NCBI GenBank assembly: GCA_965263035.1
Contig: OZ253580.1
Coordinates: forward strand, 5,280,001 to 5,344,000
Length of the DNA: 64,000 nucleotides
DNA from: Acidobacteriota bacterium
GTDB lineage: Bacteria > Acidobacteriota > UBA6911 > RPQK01 > JAJDTT01
Reading direction: 5' to 3'
The position numbers and the translations under genes were made by a program. The notes below the pieces were generated by a model. That model did no database searches, was not told where the DNA came from, and was given only the letters and a program-made list of their open reading frames with translations. Positions 1 through 8,703 of this stretch are shown here, piece by piece. Positions within the stretch are counted from its first letter, which is position 1. Each line of letters begins with the position of its first letter.

Positions 1-900
1 AAAGTAGATGTCGTGCCGCCGGTCTCCATCGACGTCGGCAATGGCGAGTCCGTTTCCGTGGTCGTAATGGGCGAAAATAAAGGCCCTTCCCGCATCGTCG
101 ACGATCCGGTTGCGGAAGGTGATGCCGGATTCATGGACCCGATCCGCAAAGGCAAAGTCATGTAAGACTCTTACGCCGTTGGCGCCTGCCAACTGGGACT
201 GCCGGCGTTTTTCCAGCCACGGGAAACGTTGCCACAAGAGACGTTCTTGCAGCGTAGTCAAGACATCTTTTTTCAGAGCCTCCCGCTGCTCGGTTACCTT
301 GCCGTCATAGAATCCACGGACATGCCCCTGGGGATCGACCAACATCAATTTCCGGCCGGGCTCGGGCGTCGCCTGAGGGCGTTCTGCGTGCAGCTGACGC
401 AGTTGTTCCCGGGGGCCGGTCAGGAATCTCCACTGCTCCTCGTCCACTCCGGCCGCAGTTGCATAACGCCGCAGCACTTCCGGTGAGTCGTGTTCTGGGT
501 CGACCGTGAAAGTAACCAGCCGGATATCATCCCAACCGGGCCGTTTTTTGAGCTCTTGTCTGAGCTTTTCCAGCAGAGCAGTCTGTGACACTGCCTGCGC
601 ATCACGAGTGCGAATGAAATCCGCGATCCAAGCTTTGCCGAGCAGTTGGTCGGTCCCGAAGGGCCGGGAAAGGTGATCGGTCATGGAGAACTCGGGCAAT
701 CGGCGCAGGACGGAAGGTCTGTGGTCTTGCGGCTTGGTTCTTTTGCCTGCCGCCCGCCGCAGGGTCAGCGCGGCTGACGGCGCGGCCGCCAAGTTGACCG
801 GAGCCGTGAGTCGATGTCCGAAACCGGGCAACGACACCAGCTCGATCCAAGCCAGGAATATCGTGCAGGTTGTCGTCCTTAACAAGTTTCGTGGGACCAT
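1..900 (-). CDS. SCO1/SenC-like thioredoxin-fold domain fused to FG-GAP/CRTAC1-like (ASPIC-UnbV type) domain; runs off the window edge
   Basis: Not in the ORF track. Manual translation from ATG at 900 has no stop down to base 1: MVPRNLL...LPEFSMTDHLSRPFGTDQLLGKAWIADFIRTRD...LVTFTVDPEHDSPEVLRRYA...WRFLTG...LMLVDPQGHVRGFYDG (SCO motifs), then FADRVHESGITFRNRIVDDAG...YDHGNGLAIADVDGDRRHDIYF (FG-GAP repeat). Confidence 0.8.
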   Translation of the reverse strand, partial: MVPRNLLRTTTCTIFLAWIELVSLPGFGHRLTAPVNLAAAPSAALTLRRAAGKRTKPQDHRPSVLRRLPEFSMTDHLSRPFGTDQLLGKAWIADFIRTRDAQAVSQTALLEKLRQELKKRPGWDDIRLVTFTVDPEHDSPEVLRRYATAAGVDEEQWRFLTGPREQLRQLHAERPQATPEPGRKLMLVDPQGHVRGFYDGKVTEQREALKKDVLTTLQERLLWQRFPWLEKRRQSQLAGANGVRVLHDFAFADRVHESGITFRNRIVDDAGRAFIFAHYDHGNGLAIADVDGDRRHDIYF

Positions 901-972
901 TGGTTCACCGACGGGCGGATTGGCGATCCATCCGCCTGAATGGGAAAGGATCTTCCTTTTCGGGCAGTCTAG

Positions 973-1131
973 CAGCCCGTGGTAAAAGTCGTCACGGCAT
1001 TCGACCGTCCCTGCATCGTGCGCGGACTGCGTTGCTATCGGCTCACATACTCCCGGTATGCTCCCTCATCGCGCCAGGTCCGGCGGGCGCAGGAACGGTC
1101 TCGGTGCTCGCGGGACTTTCACCACGGACTG
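973..1131. mobile_element. MITE family A, copy 1
   Basis: Terminal inverted repeats CAGCCCGTGGTAAAAGTC / GACTTTCACCACGGACTG, flanked by CTAG on both sides; near-identical to 2958-3117 and 7185-7345. Confidence 0.85.
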
Positions 1132-1229
1132 CTAGGAGTCCAATTCCTACCCGGCAGACCGTCATCCTTGTAATCCGGACAGCTATCACGGAGCACCCTT
1201 GCATTCCCGCGCGTAGTATTCTGTTGACA

Positions 1230-2957
1230 ATGATCCGGTTTTTCCCAAACGGCGGAAAAGCATTCCAGACAACTCCCGTCCTGACGCTGGTTTTGGTTTT
1301 CCTGGGGGTGGTTGGTGTCCATACCGTCTCGGAATCGGCGGGGCTTCAGGACTCTGACAGCAGGGAACTGACCCCCATTCCTCATCCCGACCTCAATGCT
1401 GTCGAGCGGCTGATTCGGGAGCAGCTTCAAGCACAGCGATCCAAGTTGACAAGCAAGATCTCTGCCTCCGAAGTTCCGGATTCGGCGCGGGCTGACGCTT
1501 TCGGAGGGTTGGGGAGGCTTTACCACGGCTACGATTTCATCGAGGCCGCCCGAGCCTGTTATCGGAATGCGCTCACCTTAATGCCGCAGGATTTTCGCTG
1601 GGCCTATCTCTTGGGCCGTTTGTTGGAGAGCCAGGGAGATCCGCGGCAAGCCGTCGAGCACTACCAGCAGGCCGCCGCTATCCAGCCGGATGATCTACCG
1701 ACTCTGTTGCATCTGGCCCAGGCGCAGCTGAGCCTGAATCGTCCGGACCGGGCCGAAACGCTCTTCAAGGAGGCCGTCTCGCGAGACCCATACCCGTCAT
1801 CAGCTTCGGCGTTGCTGGGGTTGGGCAAGATCGCTCTCTCTCGAAACGATCCTGAGGAGGCAATCGAGTACTTCGAAACCGCTGTCTCGATGCAACCGAA
1901 GGCCGACAGCATCCACTATCCGCTGGCTATGGCCTATCGACAGATCGGGGATCTCGAGAAGGCACGAGAACATCTCCGAAAGCGTGGGACCAGAACCCCG
2001 GAATATCCGGATCCGCTGATGGAAGAACTTCGTCAGCTCAGGACGGGCAAGCAGTTTTTTTGGAGTCAAGGCACAGTCGCATTGAGCGAAGGACGCTTCG
2101 CGGAGGCCGTCGAGGCCTTCCGCCAGATGGTGGCCGCCGATCCGGAAGAGGGGATCGCCCACATGGATCTGGGGACGGCGCTGCTTCAACTTGGAGATGT
2201 CAGTGGAGCCTTGGCCAGGTACCAGAAATCGCTAAGGCTCTCGCCGGGCAATCCTCGGCTTCACTACAATCTGGGGTTGGTTTACACCCTGCAAAAGGCC
2301 TATCCGAAGGCTCTCGAGCATTATCAGAATGCAATCGAACTGGATCCCGGATTCGAGAACGCTCATTTCAATGCGGCGAATCTATTGATGAGACTGGGGA
2401 ATATGGCGCAGGCCGGGCAGCACTATGGTCGAGTGAACGAACTGAATCCCAGCCACGCCTTTGCCCGTTTCATGCAAGCCATGACATTGGTGAAGCTGGG
2501 CCGTTATCAGGCGGCGCGAACTCTTCTGGAAGCGAGCTACCAAGCTCTGCCTGAGGAAATCGATATCACCCATGCTCTGGCTCGTCTGCTGGCGGCGTCT
2601 CCCCAAAGCACGGTCGGCGATGGTCGTCGGGCGCTTCAGCTTCTACAGAATGTCTTCAGGTCCCAAGACGAAGTGGCTTTCGAGCATGTGGAGACGCTGG
2701 CGATGGCTTTGGCAAGGACCGGACAGTACCAGAGAGCTTTGCAAGTGCAGCAGGGGATGATTGACGAAGTCAAGCAAGCCGGACGCGTGGATCTGGCCGC
2801 CTTGCTTGAGGAGAATTCATCTCGGTATCAGAGAGGCCAAGCTTGCCGCGCGCCGTGGAGGGCCGACGATCCGATTTTCTTGCCCGTTCCAGGGGATTTG
2901 GCGCCGCTGAAATCATCCGGGAAAGGGTCCAACCCAGCTTCGGTTCCGAAGAGTTAA
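1230..2957 (+). CDS. tetratricopeptide-repeat protein with N-terminal signal/TM segment
   Basis: Many TPR motifs (AYLLGRLLESQGD, HYNLGLVY, HFNAANLL). The ORF track start at 870 reads through the MITE; ATG 1230 precedes a hydrophobic segment. Confidence 0.85.
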   Translation: MIRFFPNGGKAFQTTPVLTLVLVFLGVVGVHTVSESAGLQDSDSRELTPIPHPDLNAVERLIREQLQAQRSKLTSKISASEVPDSARADAFGGLGRLYHGYDFIEAARACYRNALTLMPQDFRWAYLLGRLLESQGDPRQAVEHYQQAAAIQPDDLPTLLHLAQAQLSLNRPDRAETLFKEAVSRDPYPSSASALLGLGKIALSRNDPEEAIEYFETAVSMQPKADSIHYPLAMAYRQIGDLEKAREHLRKRGTRTPEYPDPLMEELRQLRTGKQFFWSQGTVALSEGRFAEAVEAFRQMVAADPEEGIAHMDLGTALLQLGDVSGALARYQKSLRLSPGNPRLHYNLGLVYTLQKAYPKALEHYQNAIELDPGFENAHFNAANLLMRLGNMAQAGQHYGRVNELNPSHAFARFMQAMTLVKLGRYQAARTLLEASYQALPEEIDITHALARLLAASPQSTVGDGRRALQLLQNVFRSQDEVAFEHVETLAMALARTGQYQRALQVQQGMIDEVKQAGRVDLAALLEENSSRYQRGQACRAPWRADDPIFLPVPGDLAPLKSSGKGSNPASVPKS

Positions 2958-3117
2958 CAGCCCGTGGCAAAAGTCGTCACGGCATTCGACCGTCCCTGCA
3001 TCGTGCGCGGACTGCGTTGCTATCGGCTCACATACTCCCGGTATGCTCCCTCCGTTGCGCCTGGTCCGGCGGGCGCAGGAACGGTTTCGGTGCTCGCGGG
3101 ACTTTCACCACGGACTG
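2958..3117. mobile_element. MITE family A, copy 2
   Basis: Same TIRs; TTAA duplicated at 2954-2957 and 3118-3121; the left TTAA contains the TAA stop of the TPR gene. Confidence 0.85.
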
Positions 3118-3184
3118 TTAAGAGTTCACCCGAATTTCTCACCGGGTCGCTGGTGCAATCCTTCCTGATTTTCTCGGATCTCCG

Positions 3185-4789
3185 CTACGATCCCGCCGTC
3201 TCCATCGCCGTAAATCGAACCAGCGTGAGGGAAAACGGCGGGCATGACAGATCCCACCCTCCGGACCCCTCTCCGACCTTTGCAACGCCTGGCTTGACTC
3301 GATCGGGCACCTGAAAATCATTGATTTCCAGTGGGCCTGAGGCGGTCAGAACGGTGGCCACAGCCTGCACCTGCCCGGCGCCCTCCAGGCGCAATCGGAC
3401 GGTATGCTCACGACTCAAGTGGGGGTTGATGACCGAAACGATGAACTGACTCGGATCACTCGTCGTGGAGGCGACGATGTCCAGGTCCGGCAGCGAGCGG
3501 GTCTTGCCCTCGTCCTCGAATTGAAAGGCTCCGATGGTTGCTTCCACCCCGATGACGTCCGCGTTCATATGGTGTTTGAGCATATCGAAGACATGATAGG
3601 TGGGAGTCCGAACCAGCCTGGGGCCCTCGACCTTCAAGACGTTGTGAATCACGTTGATGGATACGGCCAGGTGAGCAAGGCTCAGGCGTTTCGCCCTGCG
3701 CATGAACCCGTGCAGCATGCGCGCCGCCATGAGTGCGTCGCGCAGGGTGTCTGTCTGCACGAAATCCTTGCCTGACATTGAGATCGGAAAAGATTCAACG
3801 GGATCAATCTCGGTGTGCCAGGAGCCCCACTCGTCGAGCATGATGCCGATATGCTTGCGCCCCCCGATCCAGCGGTCGATCGACTTGGCCGCGGTATCAA
3901 TTATTTCCTGGCACCGCTCGACATCGGCCAGCAGGGCGTAGGTGTCGGTGGCTTGGCTCTCGGCCGCCACCGCCGGCTTCAGGTAGCACTGAAGCGAAAT
4001 CAGGTCGAACAACTCGATCCGGTCGCTCAGCGCTTTCAGCAGCCTGTCGACCCAGTCGCTATGCGGCTCACCATTGATGATGATTTTGGCGTCCTTGACA
4101 TACTGGCGCATGTAGAATCCGTAGCGGCGCACCTGGAGAGCGTATAGTTCGGGTGTCCACTGATAGCTGGTCTCATTGCCGATGGTCCAGTACTTGACCC
4201 CGTAAGGCTCCGGGTGGCCGTTTTTCCGCCGCAGCTCAGCATACCGGGTGTCCTGGGTGCCATTGACGTATTCCATCCAGGCGACGATCTCCCTGGGATC
4301 GCCCATTCCAATATTGGTCTGGATGACCGGCTCGGCTCCGATGGCGGCGCACCACTGCAAGAATTCGTCGGTTCCAAAAAAGTTGGGTTCCACCTCCTGC
4401 CAGAAGCTCAAACTGCGGGGACGTTGCGATCGAGGTCCGATCCCGTCCTCCCAGCGGTAGGTGTCGGCGACGGTTCCCCCCGGCCAGCGAAATGCGGGGG
4501 CGCGGAGTTGGCGATAGGCTTCGATGGTGTCGAGTCGCAAGCCGCCGTCATTGGGGATGCTGGAATCCTCGCCAACCCAGACACCGTCGTAAATGGTCGT
4601 GCCGAGCAGCTCCACCATGTGACCGAAGATCCCGGGAGCGACCCGTCCTCGGCGCTCTTTCGGATTGATCTTCACCACGTATTCGCTCCCGATTTCGGGG
4701 CTGCCCGGGAGGTTGGCCTCCTGCGCGTGGCTAGTTTCGACCGATCCCAAGGCCGCCACGAGAATCAGAGGAAGTGCCGATCCTTTCAT
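3185..4789 (-). CDS. alpha-L-arabinofuranosidase, GH51 family, secreted
   Basis: FRWPGG, FGTDEF, YWTIGNE (acid/base), LDEWGSW (nucleophile); signal peptide; C-terminal arabinofuranosidase domain. Confidence 0.9.
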   Translation of the reverse strand: MKGSALPLILVAALGSVETSHAQEANLPGSPEIGSEYVVKINPKERRGRVAPGIFGHMVELLGTTIYDGVWVGEDSSIPNDGGLRLDTIEAYRQLRAPAFRWPGGTVADTYRWEDGIGPRSQRPRSLSFWQEVEPNFFGTDEFLQWCAAIGAEPVIQTNIGMGDPREIVAWMEYVNGTQDTRYAELRRKNGHPEPYGVKYWTIGNETSYQWTPELYALQVRRYGFYMRQYVKDAKIIINGEPHSDWVDRLLKALSDRIELFDLISLQCYLKPAVAAESQATDTYALLADVERCQEIIDTAAKSIDRWIGGRKHIGIMLDEWGSWHTEIDPVESFPISMSGKDFVQTDTLRDALMAARMLHGFMRRAKRLSLAHLAVSINVIHNVLKVEGPRLVRTPTYHVFDMLKHHMNADVIGVEATIGAFQFEDEGKTRSLPDLDIVASTTSDPSQFIVSVINPHLSREHTVRLRLEGAGQVQAVATVLTASGPLEINDFQVPDRVKPGVAKVGEGSGGWDLSCPPFSLTLVRFTAMETAGS

Positions 4790-4963
4790 TGCTGTTGCTT
4801 ACATTCTCCTACTTGAGCGTCGAACTGCGATTCTCGGAATTCACGGTTGGTTGTCAGGAAGGGCTTGACCGTAACCGGTCGTTGAGTCCAACCGCTACGA
4901 CTACCACACAGTGTCATTGAGGTTGGCACCGGGCGCTCACCATATCAAGTCTCGACTGACCAG

Positions 4964-5122
4964 GAGTCTGCGCGGTAGAAATGATCGTAGCGAGAAAGCG
5001 GGGAATCGAGGCCAGATTTTCTCGATTTGGAGGTGCATAGTTGTTCTATTCGCCGACAAATCGGGGAAATATGGACCGATTCTACCGCTTTCGCAGTAGC
5101 TCAATTTCTGCGGCGCAGGCTC
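4964..5122. mobile_element. MITE family B, copy 1
   Basis: Imperfect TIRs GAGTCTGCGCGGTAGAAATGA / TCAATTTCTGCGGCGCAGGCTC; flanks CCAG/CTAG; second copy at 63760-63918. Confidence 0.8.
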
Positions 5123-5222
5123 CTAGGTTCAGCTTCGTCCCGGCTACGTTTCCGGTGGCGAGCACGCGCTGCGGGCGAAGTCCCTGAGCCATCGTCGTGA
5201 CCTCCGGTCAGAAATCCACTAG

Positions 5223-5331
5223 GAGGCTGTCCGAGAATAGACTATTATCAAAAAGTCTTGTTTTTAAACTATTGATTTATAAAGGGTTAAGTTTTCAAAA
5301 ACTATGATTTTTCGAGTTCTCGGACAGCCTC
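5223..5331. mobile_element. MITE family C (109 bp, AT-rich core)
   Basis: Perfect 15-bp TIRs GAGGCTGTCCGAGAA / TTCTCGGACAGCCTC; CTAG duplicated at 5219-5222 and 5332-5335. Confidence 0.8.
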
Positions 5332-5691
5332 CTAGTGGATCCTATGCCTGAGCAGTCGGTAGGCTGCCAGGATCGATGTGATTCCCGCCACGTCGGCCAG
5401 CACGTCTCCAGCGGCGGCGTCGCGGCTTGGAACGAAGGATTGATGGATCTCGTCGCTCACGGCGAAGAGGGTTCCCAGAAACCAGAGCCAGAAGAGTTGG
5501 CGGGTTTTGATTCTTCGCCGAAGTGCCGAGCTTCGTCCCCAGACCAAAGTCACGGTCAGGAGTGCATACTCGATGACGTGCAGCAAGGGATTGAGACCCA
5601 ACCCGGCCCCGGGGGGGAGGCTCTGATGAGACAGGTAGACGATCAGGCAGATGGTGGCGAGAGCTGGAATCCAGTGCAGGACGGTCGTCAC
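5332..5691 (-). CDS. vanZ: VanZ family membrane protein
   Basis: LLHVIEYALL ... DEIHQSFVPSR ... DVLADVAG signature. Confidence 0.85.
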   Translation of the reverse strand: MTTVLHWIPALATICLIVYLSHQSLPPGAGLGLNPLLHVIEYALLTVTLVWGRSSALRRRIKTRQLFWLWFLGTLFAVSDEIHQSFVPSRDAAAGDVLADVAGITSILAAYRLLRHRIH

Positions 5692-5704
5692 GTCGACACC
5701 GCCG

Positions 5705-5875
5705 TCACCAGGGAATCAACTGCATCAGCCACACGGCCGCCAGCGATCCCAGGATGAGGTAGGCCGAGAGGGAGAGGAAATAGCGGACCCGCTCTCGCGT
5801 GTCCTCCTGGTTGATCATGGCGAACACGACACCGATGCTCAATGCCAGCAAGACCAGCCCGACAAGATGGTTCAT
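5705..5875 (-). CDS. small two-TM membrane protein
   Basis: MNHLVGLVLL...; ATGA overlap with the upstream gene stop at 5872-5875. Confidence 0.65.
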   Translation of the reverse strand: MNHLVGLVLLALSIGVVFAMINQEDTRERVRYFLSLSAYLILGSLAAVWLMQLIPW

Positions 5876-6234
5876 CGGCGATTCCCTGCCGCGATATCGT
5901 AGCTGTCCAGCACCATCAGCATGTTCAGCAAACCTGCCGTGTACAGATACGTGTTGCCGTATTCGTACCCGAAGGAGTGGATATCGCCCACGCCCCAACC
6001 GCCCCATCTACTCAGCAAGTAGGGAAGTCCGATGCTCAGATCGGCAACGAATTTGAGTTTGCCAAAGAAGCCGGGACCCCAGCCGAACAGGCGCCCGTCC
6101 ATGGAGAGACCGAACGCGAACAGAATCATTACCACCGAGAAGAAAAGCAATCCCCTGGCCCAGCGTCCCTGCAGTAGATGACCCGAACCCGGAATCAGCC
6201 AAGCGGCCAGACAGAGGGCGATGTTCGTGGACAC
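5872..6234 (-). CDS. DUF6677-like membrane protein
   Basis: AWLIPGSGH...YEYGNTYLYTAGLLNML..DSYDIAAG pattern. Confidence 0.7.
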   Translation of the reverse strand: MSTNIALCLAAWLIPGSGHLLQGRWARGLLFFSVVMILFAFGLSMDGRLFGWGPGFFGKLKFVADLSIGLPYLLSRWGGWGVGDIHSFGYEYGNTYLYTAGLLNMLMVLDSYDIAAGNRR

Positions 6235-6361
6235 GAGTGAAGAATAGAAAGAGTCGCCCGGGAGTTCAAGCCGCCGAATGCTACGCTGTCTCCCTGCTCG
6301 GCTAAAATGACGGAGACAAGAATCGGGGACTCACGTAAAATCCCTCGGTCGAGTGACGGGA

Positions 6362-7177
6362 ATGGAACATCTATTTGGGTTTCGCGATTGGCATCCGGTG
6401 CTTCAGGCCTTGGGTGCGACTGGATTCACGTGGTTCATGACCGCCCTCGGAGCGGCCCTCGTCTTCGCCGCCAAAGACCTGAGCCGCAAGGCTCTGGATG
6501 GCATGCTGGGGTTCGCGGCCGGGGTCATGATCGCCGCCAGTTATTGGTCCCTTCTGGCTCCGGCCATCGAGCTTTCGGAAGGGGGAACCCTGCCGTCCTG
6601 GTTTCCCGCGGCCTGCGGTTTTCTGACCGGGGCCTCGTTTCTATGGTGCGTTGACAAGGTGATACCCCACCTGCATCTGGGCTTTCCCGCTTCCGAATCG
6701 GAGGGAATCAAGACGACTTGGCACAGGACGAGCCTGTTGATATTTGCGATTACCATCCACAATATTCCGGAAGGTCTGGCCGTGGGAGTCGCGTTCGGAT
6801 CACTCGGCGTCGATTCGACCATGACATACGGGTCTGCGGTGGCGCTCGCCATCGGAATCGGCCTGCAGAATATGCCGGAGGGGGTGGCCGTGGCCATGCC
6901 GTTGCGTCGGGAGAAGGTCTCCCGCTTGAAGTGTTTCTGGTACGGTCAACTTTCGGCCGTGGTGGAGCCGGTGGCCGGTGTCCTGGGAGCCGTCCTGGTT
7001 TCTCTTTCGCGACCCTTGCTGCCCTATGCCTTCGGTTTCGCCGCCGGAGCCATGATTTTTGTCGTGGTTGAGGAGGTGGTCCCGGAGTCCCAAAGGGCAG
7101 GTGACACGGATTTGGCCACCATGGGCGCCATCTTCGGATTTACCGTGATGATGATTCTGGACGTGGCTCTGGGCTGA
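6362..7177 (+). CDS. ZIP family (GufA/ZupT-like) metal transporter
   Basis: FAAGVMIAAS, ITIHNIPEGLAVG, GIGLQNMPEG, VEEVVPE. Confidence 0.92.
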   Translation: MEHLFGFRDWHPVLQALGATGFTWFMTALGAALVFAAKDLSRKALDGMLGFAAGVMIAASYWSLLAPAIELSEGGTLPSWFPAACGFLTGASFLWCVDKVIPHLHLGFPASESEGIKTTWHRTSLLIFAITIHNIPEGLAVGVAFGSLGVDSTMTYGSAVALAIGIGLQNMPEGVAVAMPLRREKVSRLKCFWYGQLSAVVEPVAGVLGAVLVSLSRPLLPYAFGFAAGAMIFVVVEEVVPESQRAGDTDLATMGAIFGFTVMMILDVALG

Positions 7178-7184
7178 ACTTAAA

Positions 7185-7345
7185 CAGTCCGTGGTGAAAG
7201 TCCCGCGAGCACCGAGACCGTTCCTGCGCCCGCCGGACCAGGCGCAACGGAGGGAGCATACCGGGAGTATGTGAGCCGATAGCAACGCAGTCCGCGCACG
7301 ATGCAGGGACGGTACGAATGCCGTGACGACTTTTGCCGCGGGCTG
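7185..7345. mobile_element. MITE family A, copy 3 (inverted orientation)
   Basis: Reverse complement of copies 1 and 2; TAAA duplicated at 7181-7184 and 7346-7349. Confidence 0.85.
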
Positions 7346-7461
7346 TAAACGAGCCGCATCGAAGACGAGTCTGGCGCGGCAGAGATCGGCGGCACCGCAA
7401 GGGATCATGGTTTCCGTGCCTCTCGGAAACGATTCCCCTGTGAACCCCGGTGTGGAGGAAC

Positions 7462-8463
7462 ATGGCGCGAAGACGTTCCACTGTGCCCCTTGGAGTCGGG
7501 CTGCTCCTTTTTTGGCTCGTGGCAGGGAGTGTCGGGTTTTCCTGGATCGAGGGCTGGTCGCTTATGGATGGCGTCTATATGACCGTCATCACCATCTCCA
7601 CGGTCGGTTTCGGCGAGGTGCATCCTCTGTCCGATGCAGGGAAAGCGTTTGCCTCGCTCCTGATCATGGCCGGTCTGGGCACGGCGGTCTACACCTTCAC
7701 CAGCTTGGGACAGACGTTGTTGGAAGGAGAACTGGCTGAGGCTCTGGGGAGACGGCGAATGAAAAGCGATCTGGGTAAGCTCGAAGACCACTACATCGTC
7801 TGCGGAAACGGGCGCGTGGGCCGCACCGTGTCGACTTATCTGGACCGCCGCAATTTGCACTTCTGCGTGATCGAAATCGACCCGGCCGCGGAACCGGAAC
7901 TGAGACGGCTTCACTATCGGTACGTTATCGGCGACGCCGCCGAAGATGAGAATCTCACTCTCGCCGGGTTGGCCAGGGCCAAGGCGGTCTTCGCCCTGCT
8001 GCCGTCGGATGCGGACAATCTGTACCTGACGCTGTCGGCCAAGGGTCTCAACCCCTCGGTCGTAGTCGTGGCCCGGGCCTCCGGCAGGGGTGCGGAAACC
8101 AAACTGGAAAGGGCCGGAGCCGATCACGTCGTCTCCCCCTATGAACTCGTCGGACTGCGGCTTCTTCAGAAGGTCCTGAGTCCGACCCTGCTGGAGTTCA
8201 TGGACCTGGTGATCCGTCGGGAACACCTGGAACTCATCATGGAGGAATTCCGGGTTGCTTCCGACTCTGCATTGGCGGGACGCTCGATCGAGGAAGCACG
8301 GATCCGAAGTCGGTACGGTCTGATTATCGTGGCCATCAAACGGCCCCAGGTTCCCCTGGTCTTCAATCCTGGTGCGGGAGAGAAGATCGGCGCCGGAGAT
8401 GTGTTGGTGGTCCTGGGTCCGGAGGACCGGGTCAAAGAGCTGGGACAGGCCAAGAGAGCATGA
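7462..8463 (+). CDS. potassium channel with TrkA-N/TrkA-C (RCK) domains
   Basis: Selectivity filter TISTVGFGE, Rossmann VCGNGRVG, C-terminal RCK-C. Confidence 0.92.
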   Translation: MARRRSTVPLGVGLLLFWLVAGSVGFSWIEGWSLMDGVYMTVITISTVGFGEVHPLSDAGKAFASLLIMAGLGTAVYTFTSLGQTLLEGELAEALGRRRMKSDLGKLEDHYIVCGNGRVGRTVSTYLDRRNLHFCVIEIDPAAEPELRRLHYRYVIGDAAEDENLTLAGLARAKAVFALLPSDADNLYLTLSAKGLNPSVVVVARASGRGAETKLERAGADHVVSPYELVGLRLLQKVLSPTLLEFMDLVIRREHLELIMEEFRVASDSALAGRSIEEARIRSRYGLIIVAIKRPQVPLVFNPGAGEKIGAGDVLVVLGPEDRVKELGQAKRA

Positions 8464-8703
8464 CTTCAGTTTGTTTGCCGACCGCGGGTGGCGGGATGGC
8501 CTGGGTATCTGGCATTTGGAAGGGAAATCGTGTAAGGTGGGCCGGTCTTCACGAGTGCGTCTGAAAAGGAAGGACGCGTAGGTTTGGCATTGGCAGGCGC
8601 ATTCCCCCAAGCCATTCATCTTTGTTCGGAAACGAGTTTCGGCCCTGGCGGAGTTCATACGCGGCTCGTCCGGGTCCGCCCCCAACTCGAGGAGTGAGTG
8701 GAT

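Noticed and set aside
870-1229. N-terminal extension of the TPR ORF, and short ORFs sharing RGKSRHGIRPSLHRARTALLSAHILPVCSL
   Set aside because: Read-through of MITE family A; the repeated peptides reflect the DNA repeat, not a protein domain.
973-3117. Composite transposon carrying the TPR gene
   Set aside because: Each MITE has its own distinct target duplication (CTAG vs TTAA), so they inserted separately.
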